Assembly: GCA_003602635.1 (NCBI GenBank) | Contig: QQSJ01000014.1 | Location: 1 to 49,921 of the forward strand | Direction of reading: 5' to 3' | From: Candidatus Poseidoniales archaeon | GTDB lineage: Archaea; Thermoplasmatota; Poseidoniia; Poseidoniales; Poseidoniaceae | DNA: 49,921 nucleotides | In this document: piece by piece, positions 28,253-36,350 of the stretch | How positions within the stretch are numbered: the stretch's first letter is position 1 | Layout: each line of letters begins with the position of its first letter | Position numbers and translations under genes: made by a program | The notes under the pieces: generated by a model | What the model was told of the DNA's origin: nothing | Database searches by the model: none | Seen by the model: the letters and a program-made list of their open reading frames with translations, nothing else

Positions 28253-29034
28253 TGCAGATGCTCAGGGTTGAGCCGGTGTGGTCCGGCTTTGAAGCACCTC
28301 TCCACCAGGTGTCCCTCGCTGCACTCCCTGAGGTGCTTCCCGACGAAGATGCTCAACTGCCACCGTTGGTGGAAGCAAGCGAATGGTCGACCTTCAAGAC
28401 CGACAAACGCAGGAAAGAGCACCTTGGCGGGCGCCTCTTGCTGGGCGCTTCCATCGAAGCATGGTGGAATGAACGCCGCTTCGTCGGGCGAACCGACGAA
28501 CTCGATGTCGTGCGAGACGAGCACCGTGCGCCGTACCTTCGCTGGCGGCCCGGCGTATGGCGCCAAGCCCCGCTTCCTGGCGTGTCAATCGGGCACAGCG
28601 AAGGACGCGCCGTGGTGGGTCTGGTCGAGGAGGGATGGAGCATTGGCGTGGACGCGGAACCGGTCGATCGCCGCATCGCAGAAGCCGCATGGGACATGTT
28701 TGCGTCAGCAGAAGAACGGTCCACGTTTGCGGGCAATCACCCTGCTGCGTTGCGGGCTTGGGTCACCAAAGAGGCGATTCAGAAAGCGTTGGGCTTGGGC
28801 ATGCACCTCAACCCTCGTCACATTGTGACGGAAGCCTCCCGTTTTGTTCACCACGGCTCAGTGGTTCATGTCAGCCACACCGAAGTGGACGGCATGTTGG
28901 TGTGCGTTGCCCTTGCGCCAGCCCGTGCACCACCGTCAACACCCGAGGATGACGTGCTTGAAGCCACACGGGCGGCGATGGAGGCCGACCCTGAATGGGG
29001 CGTGGGATGCAAGACCACACGACAGTTGGCGTGA
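28252..29034 (+). CDS. 4'-phosphopantetheinyl transferase (Sfp type)
   Basis: IGVDAEP and WVTKEAIQKALG (W/FxxKEAxxKA) motifs. The ATG at 28252 shares its A with the megasynthase TGA (TGATG), suggesting translational coupling. Alternative in-frame starts at 28249 (GTG) and 28258. Confidence 0.85.
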   Translation: MQMLRVEPVWSGFEAPLHQVSLAALPEVLPDEDAQLPPLVEASEWSTFKTDKRRKEHLGGRLLLGASIEAWWNERRFVGRTDELDVVRDEHRAPYLRWRPGVWRQAPLPGVSIGHSEGRAVVGLVEEGWSIGVDAEPVDRRIAEAAWDMFASAEERSTFAGNHPAALRAWVTKEAIQKALGLGMHLNPRHIVTEASRFVHHGSVVHVSHTEVDGMLVCVALAPARAPPSTPEDDVLEATRAAMEADPEWGVGCKTTRQLA

Positions 29035-30456
29035 TCATCCAACGTTCCGAATTTCCGGCGTTTGGTCGGCGAAGAGGAATTCAAGCAACGCCGCCCACAT
29101 CACGAACTCGATGCTCTCCTCGAGTTTGTCTTGGCCTCCGACGACGTCGACCATGTTCTCCAAGGTGTCCGATGGCGAGTGGTAGGCGTCGTAATCGTCG
29201 TCGTATGCGCCGAGGTGGAAGATGGTCTGAGCACCGAGGTCGCGGAAGGTGACGTGATCCGAGCGGCCAAAGGTGTCCTCATGGACGTCCATGACCAAGT
29301 CAGCGTGGTCTTCCCAATGCTGGTCGCAACCGGCCCCATAGGTGCCGTCGATGCGGAGGTCCATGGGTGCCTTGAGCACGTTTCGATGCACATGGTCGAG
29401 GATGCTGGTGATGGCGACGTCCTGTTCATCGGGGTCGATGTCGGGGCCAGACCATGCGTGGTAGGGGTACGGTTCGCCGGTGGGCTTGTACGCGGGCCAT
29501 GAAATGCCCATCATGTCCATGTTGATGTAGAACCGGAGCTCCTTGTCTTGCGGAAGGCAATAGCCACAATCGTTGTTGGCGAATGCATTCGAACCGCGCA
29601 ACCCTTCTTCTTCAGACGACCAAAGCGCAAGGAAGGTGTCGCATTCCACCTCAAGCTCAGCGAGGACCCTCGCATAGAGCATCATGGACACGGTTCCAGC
29701 GGTGTTGTCGTAGGCTCCTTCGTGGGTGCCGCCGCCGGGGGGGCCGCCTGGAGGAGCGATGTCCATGTGCCCTCCCATGCCTTGCACGCAGGAGTCATCA
29801 CGGCCGTCTTTCCATGCAATGACGTTCAACGACTCGGGCTGGCTTGGGTTGAGATGGTCCGTCACGCGAAGCATGTAGGTGCGGTAACCGAGGCTTTCGA
29901 AGTGGCCTTGGAAGTAGGCTGCTCCACGCTCGTAGGCCGGGTTGCCGGCGCCCATCCATCGGTCGTTGTAGCCGCCACACTCTGCAGAGGGGCGACCGTC
30001 GACCACGGGGTCACAGGTGATGTAATCCATCTTCTCGAACCATTCTTGCCCGTTCACGATGGGCGTGCCGTTCTCAACAGGCAACTCAAACACCGTCTTG
30101 CGACCGTTTTGGTCGTAAATCGTCAATTCGACGGCCTCTGTGTAAGGCGTGGTCAGGAGGCGAATCGCCTGCCGGTCGCCGTCGACAGGTACTGAGCTGT
30201 CAAGGTCCATGGATCCGTTGACGAAGAGAAGGACGTCATCGGCCGGGGCGGAGAGGCGGAGCCCTTCACCAACCAACAGCAGGTCGTGCCATTCGCCAAG
30301 ACGCACGGCCGCTTCGGTCGCCGGCATGCCGTCGATGGTGAGCGTCGCGTCGGCGTCGATGGTCTCTTCTTCAGGGGTTCCACCGATGCATCCTGACAAG
30401 GGTGCAAGCAGCATCAGCCCCATCAGCAAGAGCGCGGAATACATCTTTGCCGCCAT
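29035..30456 (-). CDS. M28-family zinc aminopeptidase, lipobox-type signal peptide
   Basis: N-terminus MYSALLLMGLMLLAPLSGC. Metal-ligand layout GGHMD..., GAYDNTAGTVSM, WSSEEEGLRGS, NMDMMG, YHSPSDT. Confidence 0.85.
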   Translation of the reverse strand: MAAKMYSALLLMGLMLLAPLSGCIGGTPEEETIDADATLTIDGMPATEAAVRLGEWHDLLLVGEGLRLSAPADDVLLFVNGSMDLDSSVPVDGDRQAIRLLTTPYTEAVELTIYDQNGRKTVFELPVENGTPIVNGQEWFEKMDYITCDPVVDGRPSAECGGYNDRWMGAGNPAYERGAAYFQGHFESLGYRTYMLRVTDHLNPSQPESLNVIAWKDGRDDSCVQGMGGHMDIAPPGGPPGGGTHEGAYDNTAGTVSMMLYARVLAELEVECDTFLALWSSEEEGLRGSNAFANNDCGYCLPQDKELRFYINMDMMGISWPAYKPTGEPYPYHAWSGPDIDPDEQDVAITSILDHVHRNVLKAPMDLRIDGTYGAGCDQHWEDHADLVMDVHEDTFGRSDHVTFRDLGAQTIFHLGAYDDDYDAYHSPSDTLENMVDVVGGQDKLEESIEFVMWAALLEFLFADQTPEIRNVG

Positions 30457-30561
30457 GGGACCGTTTGTCGGTCTGTGGCCCGGTTCCTAAGGACTTCGCC
30501 ATGTCGCCTGCCCGGCCGATGACCTCAAGACGGGAGGTCCACACGGCGAGTCAACACGCCT

Positions 30562-30633
30562 GCGGATATGGTGAAGTGGTTATCATCTGAGGTTTCCAAC
30601 CTTATGTCGTGGGTTCGACTCCCGCTATCCGCA
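30562..30633 (+). tRNA. tRNA-Gly (anticodon UCC)
   Basis: Hand-folded cloverleaf. Acceptor GCGGATA/TATCCGC is a perfect 7 bp. D arm GTGA/TCAT. Anticodon stem TGAGG/CCTTA with loop TT-TCC-AA. 4-nt variable loop. T arm GTGGG-TTCGACT-CCCGC. Discriminator A. CCA is not encoded (followed by CCT). Confidence 0.85.
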
Positions 30634-30673
30634 CCTTCGTGCCAATCAACGGCTTTGCCTTGTGCGTGAGCCA

Positions 30674-33600
30674 TCAGGGACTGGGGGGTTGCTGCGGCAA
30701 TCCCGGGATCCCTTGAGGCGGTGGCGGCGAGGCTGACATGGGTGGTGCAGTACGGCGCCGTTCCACCAAAGCCATGGCGAGTGCTTCCCGTTCTTCCTGC
30801 CATCGTGCGCTCCGGCGTCGACCTTGGACAAGCATTCCCAACAACAGTACGATGAGCAGGACTTGGCCGAGGGCCACCTGTCCACGTTCATCATCGACCC
30901 ACCATGAGACGTCCGTCCATTCGGTTTGTGTTGGTGCGTCAACCTCCAGCAACCGGCTGTCGATGACCTCCACGCTGAGCGACACCTCGTCCATCGCGGC
31001 GTTGCTGCCGGGCTCGGTGACGGTGACGGTCAGTTGAATGGGCACGGCACGGGCCACTTCGGTCTCAAACCACAGGGAAGCATTCTCTGCTTCAGGATCG
31101 ATGACCACCGTTTGCGAACGCGACCCGCCAAAGAGGTCAGAGCCTCCGTCCCACGTGACTCGAGCGGTCACTGGGACGCTCATCGTGTGGGTCACGGTGC
31201 ATGTGAAGGCAAATTTCGGTCCCACGGCAAGGTCCACCTCGGGATTGACCAGGGCACAATCGAGCGTCGCCTCAGCCACGTTTCGAGAGGCATCTTGAGG
31301 CCAATGATCCGGAGATTCTGCCCCAATCTCGTTGTTGTCTCCGTAGCCGTCCCCGTCGCTGTCTACCTGCTGGGTGGCCAGGTCGGGGAAATCGTCCTCC
31401 ACGTCGGCCCATCCGTCGCCGTCACGGTCAGCACAGCCACGAGCGCTCGAATGAGACGACGTTCCTGCCTCGTTTGGGCAATCGTCGGACACCGTGGATC
31501 CGCTTTGATCGGCGTATCCGTCTCCGTCGCTGTCGGACCACACCCCACCGTCGACCGGCCACGGGTCGTTCAGATCGCTCTGTCCGTCTCCGTCGCTGTC
31601 TGGGCATCCAAACCGGTCCAACGTTGAGGTTCCGGCCGCACCGGGGCAGGCATCGGGTTGCTCACCTGAAGCAAGGTCGCCGTACCCGTCGTTGTCCGAG
31701 TCCCCGATTTGGGTGGGGTCGTTGGGGAACTCATCGCCTTCGTCGGAAGCTCCGTCCCCATCGGCATCAGGGCAACCAAAGCGGTCCAGAGACGAGTTTC
31801 CGGCCACCGTCGGGCACGCGTCGGCTTCCGTGCCGCTGGCGTTGTCACCGTATCCGTCACCGTCTTGGTCTGTGAATTGCGAGGAATCGTTCGGGAAGGG
31901 GTCGGCGCCATCACCGAGGGTGACTTCGCCGATGCCGTCCACGCCGGTTTGAGCCTCAGCCACGCCGTCTCCGTCGGCGTCTGGGCAACCCGTGACCGGG
32001 CTTGTGGACGTCCCAGCCAACGCAGGGCATCCATCGCTCGGATCGTCGATGCCATCACCGTCCGAGTCGGCGGTACGGGATGGGTCATTCGGGAAGGCAT
32101 CGCCGAGGTCCGACACGCCGTCGCTATCGCTGTCAGGGCAGCCGAATCGATCGACGGTGGAGGTGCCCGATTCGCCTGGGCAGGCATCAGGTTCCGGCCC
32201 CGTGGCGTTGTCACCGTATCCGTCACCGTCTTGATCGGCCCACTGCGAGGGTTGGTTGGGGAGCACGTCGATGCTGTCGTCCCAACCGTCTCCGTCGGTG
32301 TCAGGGCAACCGTAGCGGTTCGCTGCGGTGGAATTCCCTTGCACGTAGGGGCAAGCATCTGGCATGGTCCCGCCGGCGTTGTCGAAGTATCCGTCACCGT
32401 CTGTATCGACCCATTGTGTTCCGTCGTTCGGAGCTTCGTCTTCACCGTCGGACCATCCGTCGCCGTCGCCATCAGGGCAGCCCAGCGTACCGTTTTGCCA
32501 CGAGTTGCCGGCTTGCGTGGGGCAATCGTCAGCGAGCGTGCCGGTGGCGTTGTCGCCGTATCCGTCTCCGTCCTGGTCGGCCCATTGGGTCCCGTCCATC
32601 ACGAAGGCATCGGCTCCGTCGGCCACCGTCCACACGCCGTCAGGATCCGACCAACCGTCGCTGTCTCGGTCAGGGCATCCTTGTCGATCGAGGGAGGAGG
32701 TTCCCGCAGCCAGGGGGCACGCGTCATCGATGGTGTCGTCAAACCCGTCGCCATCGGTGTCCGCCCAACGCGATGCATCGCTTGGGAAGGCATCGGCGCC
32801 GTCGGTGACGGACCAACCGCTGTCCTCGTCAGAATAGCCGTCGCCGTCCCCGTCGGGGCAACCGTTGCGGTCCACGGAGGAGCTGCCGGTCACGCCTGGG
32901 CAGGCATCGCCCATGGTTCCAGAGGGATTGTCGCCGTATCCGTCACCGTCAGCGTCCACCCACTGCGTTGCATCCGTGGGCCATGCGTCGGCGCCTTGGC
33001 CAGTGGTCCAACTTGAATCTGGGTCAGAGAACCCGTCGCCGTCTGCGTCGGGGCAACCCAATCGGTCGTTGGCTGACGAACCGTACGTGGTGGGGCACCC
33101 GTCAGGTTGTGCGCCAGAGGCGTTGTCACCGTATCCGTCAAGGTCGCTGTCCACCCACTGTGATGCTTCGAAGGGGAAGGCATCGTCCACATCGGCCCAT
33201 CCATCGCCGTCGCCGTCAGGGCAACCGAGGCGGTTGGCTTCGGTTGACGTCCCGGGAACGGTTGGGCACGCATCGGGTTGGGTCCCTGTGGCGTTGTCGC
33301 CGTATCCGTCGCCGTCCTGGTCGGCCCATTGCGTGGTGTCGTTTGGGAACGCATCCGCTCCGTTGGCGACCGTGAAGCCGGTGTCAGGGTCAGAGTAGGT
33401 GTCGCTGTCAGTGTCTGGACAACCCAATCGGTCCGAGGTTGAGTCGCCAAAGAGCGTTGGGCAACCGTCTGGATCGGTGGCAGGAGCGGGGTTGTCGCCG
33501 TATCCGTCGCCGTCCGTATCCCGCCATTGGGTGTCGTCGCCAAGGAAGGCGTCGGCCCCCTCGCTGATGCTCCAAGTGCTGCCGTTGGAGGAGGAAGCAC

Positions 33601-36259
33601 CGGTTGGATCTGGGTCAGAGGCACCGTCGCCGTCTTCGTCGGCGCACCCGTTGCGGTCACGCCATGAAGGGCCTTGAATCGCGTCGCACGCATCGCCACC
33701 TTGCTCGACGGTGTAACCTACGCCGGGGTCGGACCATCCGTCGCCGTCGCTGTCGATGCAACCAAAGCGGTCTTGGGTCGAATTTCCGGCGACGGACGTG
33801 CACCCGTCTGGCTGGAATCCAGCCCCGTTGTCGCCGTATCCGTCGTAATCGCCGTCGGCCCATTGCGTGGGGTCAGCGGGGAAGGCGTCTGCACCGTTGG
33901 CGAGGGTCCAGCTTGTGTCTTGGTTCGAATACCCGTCGTTGTCGGTGTCTGGGCAACCGCTTCGGTCGATGGTGGACCGCCCGTAGGTGTTGGGGCAATC
34001 GTCGTCGTCGTCCTCGATGCCGTCCAAATCCGCGTCTTGGGTAAGGTTGGTCAGCGTCCAGTCTTCACTGAGGGTCATCGCAAACATTTGCGGCCCGCCC
34101 TGCGGCACGCTCGTTCCGATGACGTGGACTTCCCACGTACCTTGAGCCGGTGAGGTGAAGGTCAATCCGCGAAGGTTGTCGGCGTTGTTTGAGAGGTTGG
34201 TCCAGGTGCCGCTGGGGTCTTTCACGGCCAGATCGAGGTCGTTCACAAGATGGCTCGAAGCCGCTGGTGTGGAGGCGGGGTCGGTCCACGCCAACATCAC
34301 GCGGAAGTCGTCCGCTCCGCTTGGGACGTTGAAACTCCACCCGCGCTCGTCGTTGGTGCTGACGCTCTCGTTGTCCACAAAGGAGGCGTTGATGGCGGTC
34401 CACATGTCCACGCGACCCCACCCTTCGTGGCCGTTTGGTGCGGTTTCTCCGGCTCCGTTGGTGGAGGAACTGTACTGCCCTTCCATGTCCGTCGACGAAC
34501 TTGCAAGGATGGCCTTGACCAGCGCAGAGGAAGGGGACGTGTGCCCAAGGTTGTCGGACAAATGCTGGATCAACAGGGCCGTTGCTCCGGCCGTCAATGG
34601 CGTGGCCATGCTGGTGCCGCCCATGTAGGTGTAGGAGGTGTTGTACGCGCCCCAGCCCGCGCTGGTGGTGTCACGTGATTTCGTGCTCAAAATCCACGCG
34701 CCGGGTGCCGAGACATCCGGCTTCACGCGACTGTCGTCTGTGGGTCCACGGCTCGAAAACGCCGCCATGCCCTCGATGTTGTCGGCCATCTTGTCGCCGT
34801 TCACGGGATTGGACGGATAGTCGCCAGGCCACCATCCACCCCAGGTCGCGCTGACTGAGGAACGGTCGTTTTCGGTGGCACCAACGGTGATGACGTTCTT
34901 GGCGGTGCCCGGTGATGACATGCTGTCAAGGTCCACTTCACCGTCGCTGTTGCCGTCGGTGCCTTCGTTTCCTGCCGCGAAAAGGATGGCCATGTCCCAA
35001 AGGATGTGAGCGCTCGCGTCGGCTTGTGCAGAGGACGTCGTGTATTGTCCGTTCACCGCGGATCCCCACGAGTTGGTGTGCACGCGGGAACCGTTGTCGT
35101 AGGCCGGCTCAAAGAGGTCGTAGAGGTTGTTCGGAATACCGAGAAGGTAGCCGTCGGTGGTACCGCTGATGGTGGCTTCCGTCTCAATTGCTTGGAAGTA
35201 AAGGCGCGCCTCAGGCGCGGCACCTTGGATGGCTCCGTTGCTGTGGGTGCCGTCGCCAAGCACAGAACCGGCCACGTGCGTTCCGTGACCGGACCACTCG
35301 TCGGCGGCACCGTCGTTGCAGGTGGAAAGGCCGTAGAAGGAGCAGGTTCCGGACGGGACCCCAAAGGACACCACATCGACGATGTGGTCGGCAAAATCAG
35401 GGTGCATGTTGGAGTTGTTGACGCCGTTGTCCAAGCCCGTGTCGGCCACCGTCACAATGACGCCGGTCCCGTCGAGTCCCGTCCATCCGGCCGTGTTGGC
35501 CGCCATGTTGGTGCTCGAAGAGACGCCAGTGACGTTCATGATGTGGCGTGCTTCATCGTTGAAATTGACGTACCATGGCCGTGGTTCCACCCATTCAAGG
35601 GCGGGTTCGTGAAGGAGTTCTGACAATCCTTCAGCCGTCAGCAGGAAGGTGACGAAACGCCCTGAATGGCTCAAGACATCCACGCTCTGTGGCAAGGTTT
35701 CCGGCAAGCGCTCGCCGGACAGCATGGCGCTGGCCAAGACCGGGCCATCATGGTCGAAGAGGGTCTCAAGCAATCCCTCTTGCACGCGGTCGGAGGGGGC
35801 GAGGCGCTGGAGGCCACGGACGCCGAGGGCTTCGAGTTCAGCCGGTTCCATCCCACTGATGTCGCAGTGGAAGGCGGCAGGTGGGAGGAACGAGCCGCAT
35901 TCAATTCCAGCCTCGGCCAAATCGCCCTCCCACGTGGTGGGCACCGGCCACGTCGTTCCGAGCACATACCAACCGTCGAGCAGGCCCTGTTCGCCGGTCC
36001 AATCGGCCCAATCGGACGGCGCCACAAGAGCCGACGTCCGGTGAGCAAGATCGACACGTCCTGCTTCGGTTGGTGCAAACCAACCTTCAGCAAGGTCCCC
36101 TTGGGGTTTCACGCCGAAGGCGTCGAGCAGGACCGGGTCGAGGTCCGTGTCAAGGACACGCTCTGGCCCTTGGTTTGGCGTGGCGGTGGCCAACGGTGCG
36201 AGCACCTGAATAAGCATCAGCGCACTGAAGAGCAGGGCACGTGCAGCTCGGTCGGTCAT
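30674..36259 (-). CDS. surface-anchored subtilisin-like serine protease (S8) with a long thrombospondin-type-3-like Ca-binding repeat array
   Basis: ORF trimmed to the ATG at 36259, which yields the signal peptide ALLFSALMLIQVLAPLATA. S8 triad VTVADTGLD / HGTHVAGS / GGTSMATP (Ser codon 34610..34612). Then about 900 aa of DxDxDGxxDxxD repeats, a beta-rich region, a TM helix (VLLIVLLLGMLV) and a basic/Pro-rich tail. Confidence 0.9.
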   Translation of the reverse strand: MTDRAARALLFSALMLIQVLAPLATATPNQGPERVLDTDLDPVLLDAFGVKPQGDLAEGWFAPTEAGRVDLAHRTSALVAPSDWADWTGEQGLLDGWYVLGTTWPVPTTWEGDLAEAGIECGSFLPPAAFHCDISGMEPAELEALGVRGLQRLAPSDRVQEGLLETLFDHDGPVLASAMLSGERLPETLPQSVDVLSHSGRFVTFLLTAEGLSELLHEPALEWVEPRPWYVNFNDEARHIMNVTGVSSSTNMAANTAGWTGLDGTGVIVTVADTGLDNGVNNSNMHPDFADHIVDVVSFGVPSGTCSFYGLSTCNDGAADEWSGHGTHVAGSVLGDGTHSNGAIQGAAPEARLYFQAIETEATISGTTDGYLLGIPNNLYDLFEPAYDNGSRVHTNSWGSAVNGQYTTSSAQADASAHILWDMAILFAAGNEGTDGNSDGEVDLDSMSSPGTAKNVITVGATENDRSSVSATWGGWWPGDYPSNPVNGDKMADNIEGMAAFSSRGPTDDSRVKPDVSAPGAWILSTKSRDTTSAGWGAYNTSYTYMGGTSMATPLTAGATALLIQHLSDNLGHTSPSSALVKAILASSSTDMEGQYSSSTNGAGETAPNGHEGWGRVDMWTAINASFVDNESVSTNDERGWSFNVPSGADDFRVMLAWTDPASTPAASSHLVNDLDLAVKDPSGTWTNLSNNADNLRGLTFTSPAQGTWEVHVIGTSVPQGGPQMFAMTLSEDWTLTNLTQDADLDGIEDDDDDCPNTYGRSTIDRSGCPDTDNDGYSNQDTSWTLANGADAFPADPTQWADGDYDGYGDNGAGFQPDGCTSVAGNSTQDRFGCIDSDGDGWSDPGVGYTVEQGGDACDAIQGPSWRDRNGCADEDGDGASDPDPTGASSSNGSTWSISEGADAFLGDDTQWRDTDGDGYGDNPAPATDPDGCPTLFGDSTSDRLGCPDTDSDTYSDPDTGFTVANGADAFPNDTTQWADQDGDGYGDNATGTQPDACPTVPGTSTEANRLGCPDGDGDGWADVDDAFPFEASQWVDSDLDGYGDNASGAQPDGCPTTYGSSANDRLGCPDADGDGFSDPDSSWTTGQGADAWPTDATQWVDADGDGYGDNPSGTMGDACPGVTGSSSVDRNGCPDGDGDGYSDEDSGWSVTDGADAFPSDASRWADTDGDGFDDTIDDACPLAAGTSSLDRQGCPDRDSDGWSDPDGVWTVADGADAFVMDGTQWADQDGDGYGDNATGTLADDCPTQAGNSWQNGTLGCPDGDGDGWSDGEDEAPNDGTQWVDTDGDGYFDNAGGTMPDACPYVQGNSTAANRYGCPDTDGDGWDDSIDVLPNQPSQWADQDGDGYGDNATGPEPDACPGESGTSTVDRFGCPDSDSDGVSDLGDAFPNDPSRTADSDGDGIDDPSDGCPALAGTSTSPVTGCPDADGDGVAEAQTGVDGIGEVTLGDGADPFPNDSSQFTDQDGDGYGDNASGTEADACPTVAGNSSLDRFGCPDADGDGASDEGDEFPNDPTQIGDSDNDGYGDLASGEQPDACPGAAGTSTLDRFGCPDSDGDGQSDLNDPWPVDGGVWSDSDGDGYADQSGSTVSDDCPNEAGTSSHSSARGCADRDGDGWADVEDDFPDLATQQVDSDGDGYGDNNEIGAESPDHWPQDASRNVAEATLDCALVNPEVDLAVGPKFAFTCTVTHTMSVPVTARVTWDGGSDLFGGSRSQTVVIDPEAENASLWFETEVARAVPIQLTVTVTEPGSNAAMDEVSLSVEVIDSRLLEVDAPTQTEWTDVSWWVDDERGQVALGQVLLIVLLLGMLVQGRRRSARWQEEREALAMALVERRRTAPPMSASPPPPQGIPGLPQQPPSP
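31320..34040 (-). repeat. coding tandem repeats: about 29 thrombospondin type-3-like motifs in alternating units
   Basis: Alternation of (T/S)QW.D.DGDGYGDN...PD.CP...G.S..DR.GCPD.DGDG.SD.(D/E)D..P.D, counted by eye. It produces the many long spurious ORFs in the other frames here. Confidence 0.85.
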
Positions 36260-36350
36260 GTGTTCTGCTTTTGCTGAACCCTCATCAAGCATTGGTCGAA
36301 CGACGCAGCAGGAACACGAGCGTTGAAAGGCCATTCGCCGACCGCAAACC

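Noticed and set aside
19526-28566. Numerous long ORFs inside the megasynthase, for example 20250..21308 (+), 21851..22861 (-), 24251..25501 (-), 25802..27415 (-) and 27895..28566 (-)
   Set aside because: They are off-frame or antisense to an ORF whose domain motifs run uninterrupted for 8.8 kb. None has recognisable motifs.
31038-36277. Many plus-strand ORFs across the subtilase gene, for example 31709..33016 at 435 aa
   Set aside because: They are artefacts of the Asp/Gly-codon repeat array read in other frames or antisense. The translations are Arg/Val/Gly-rich and repetitive.
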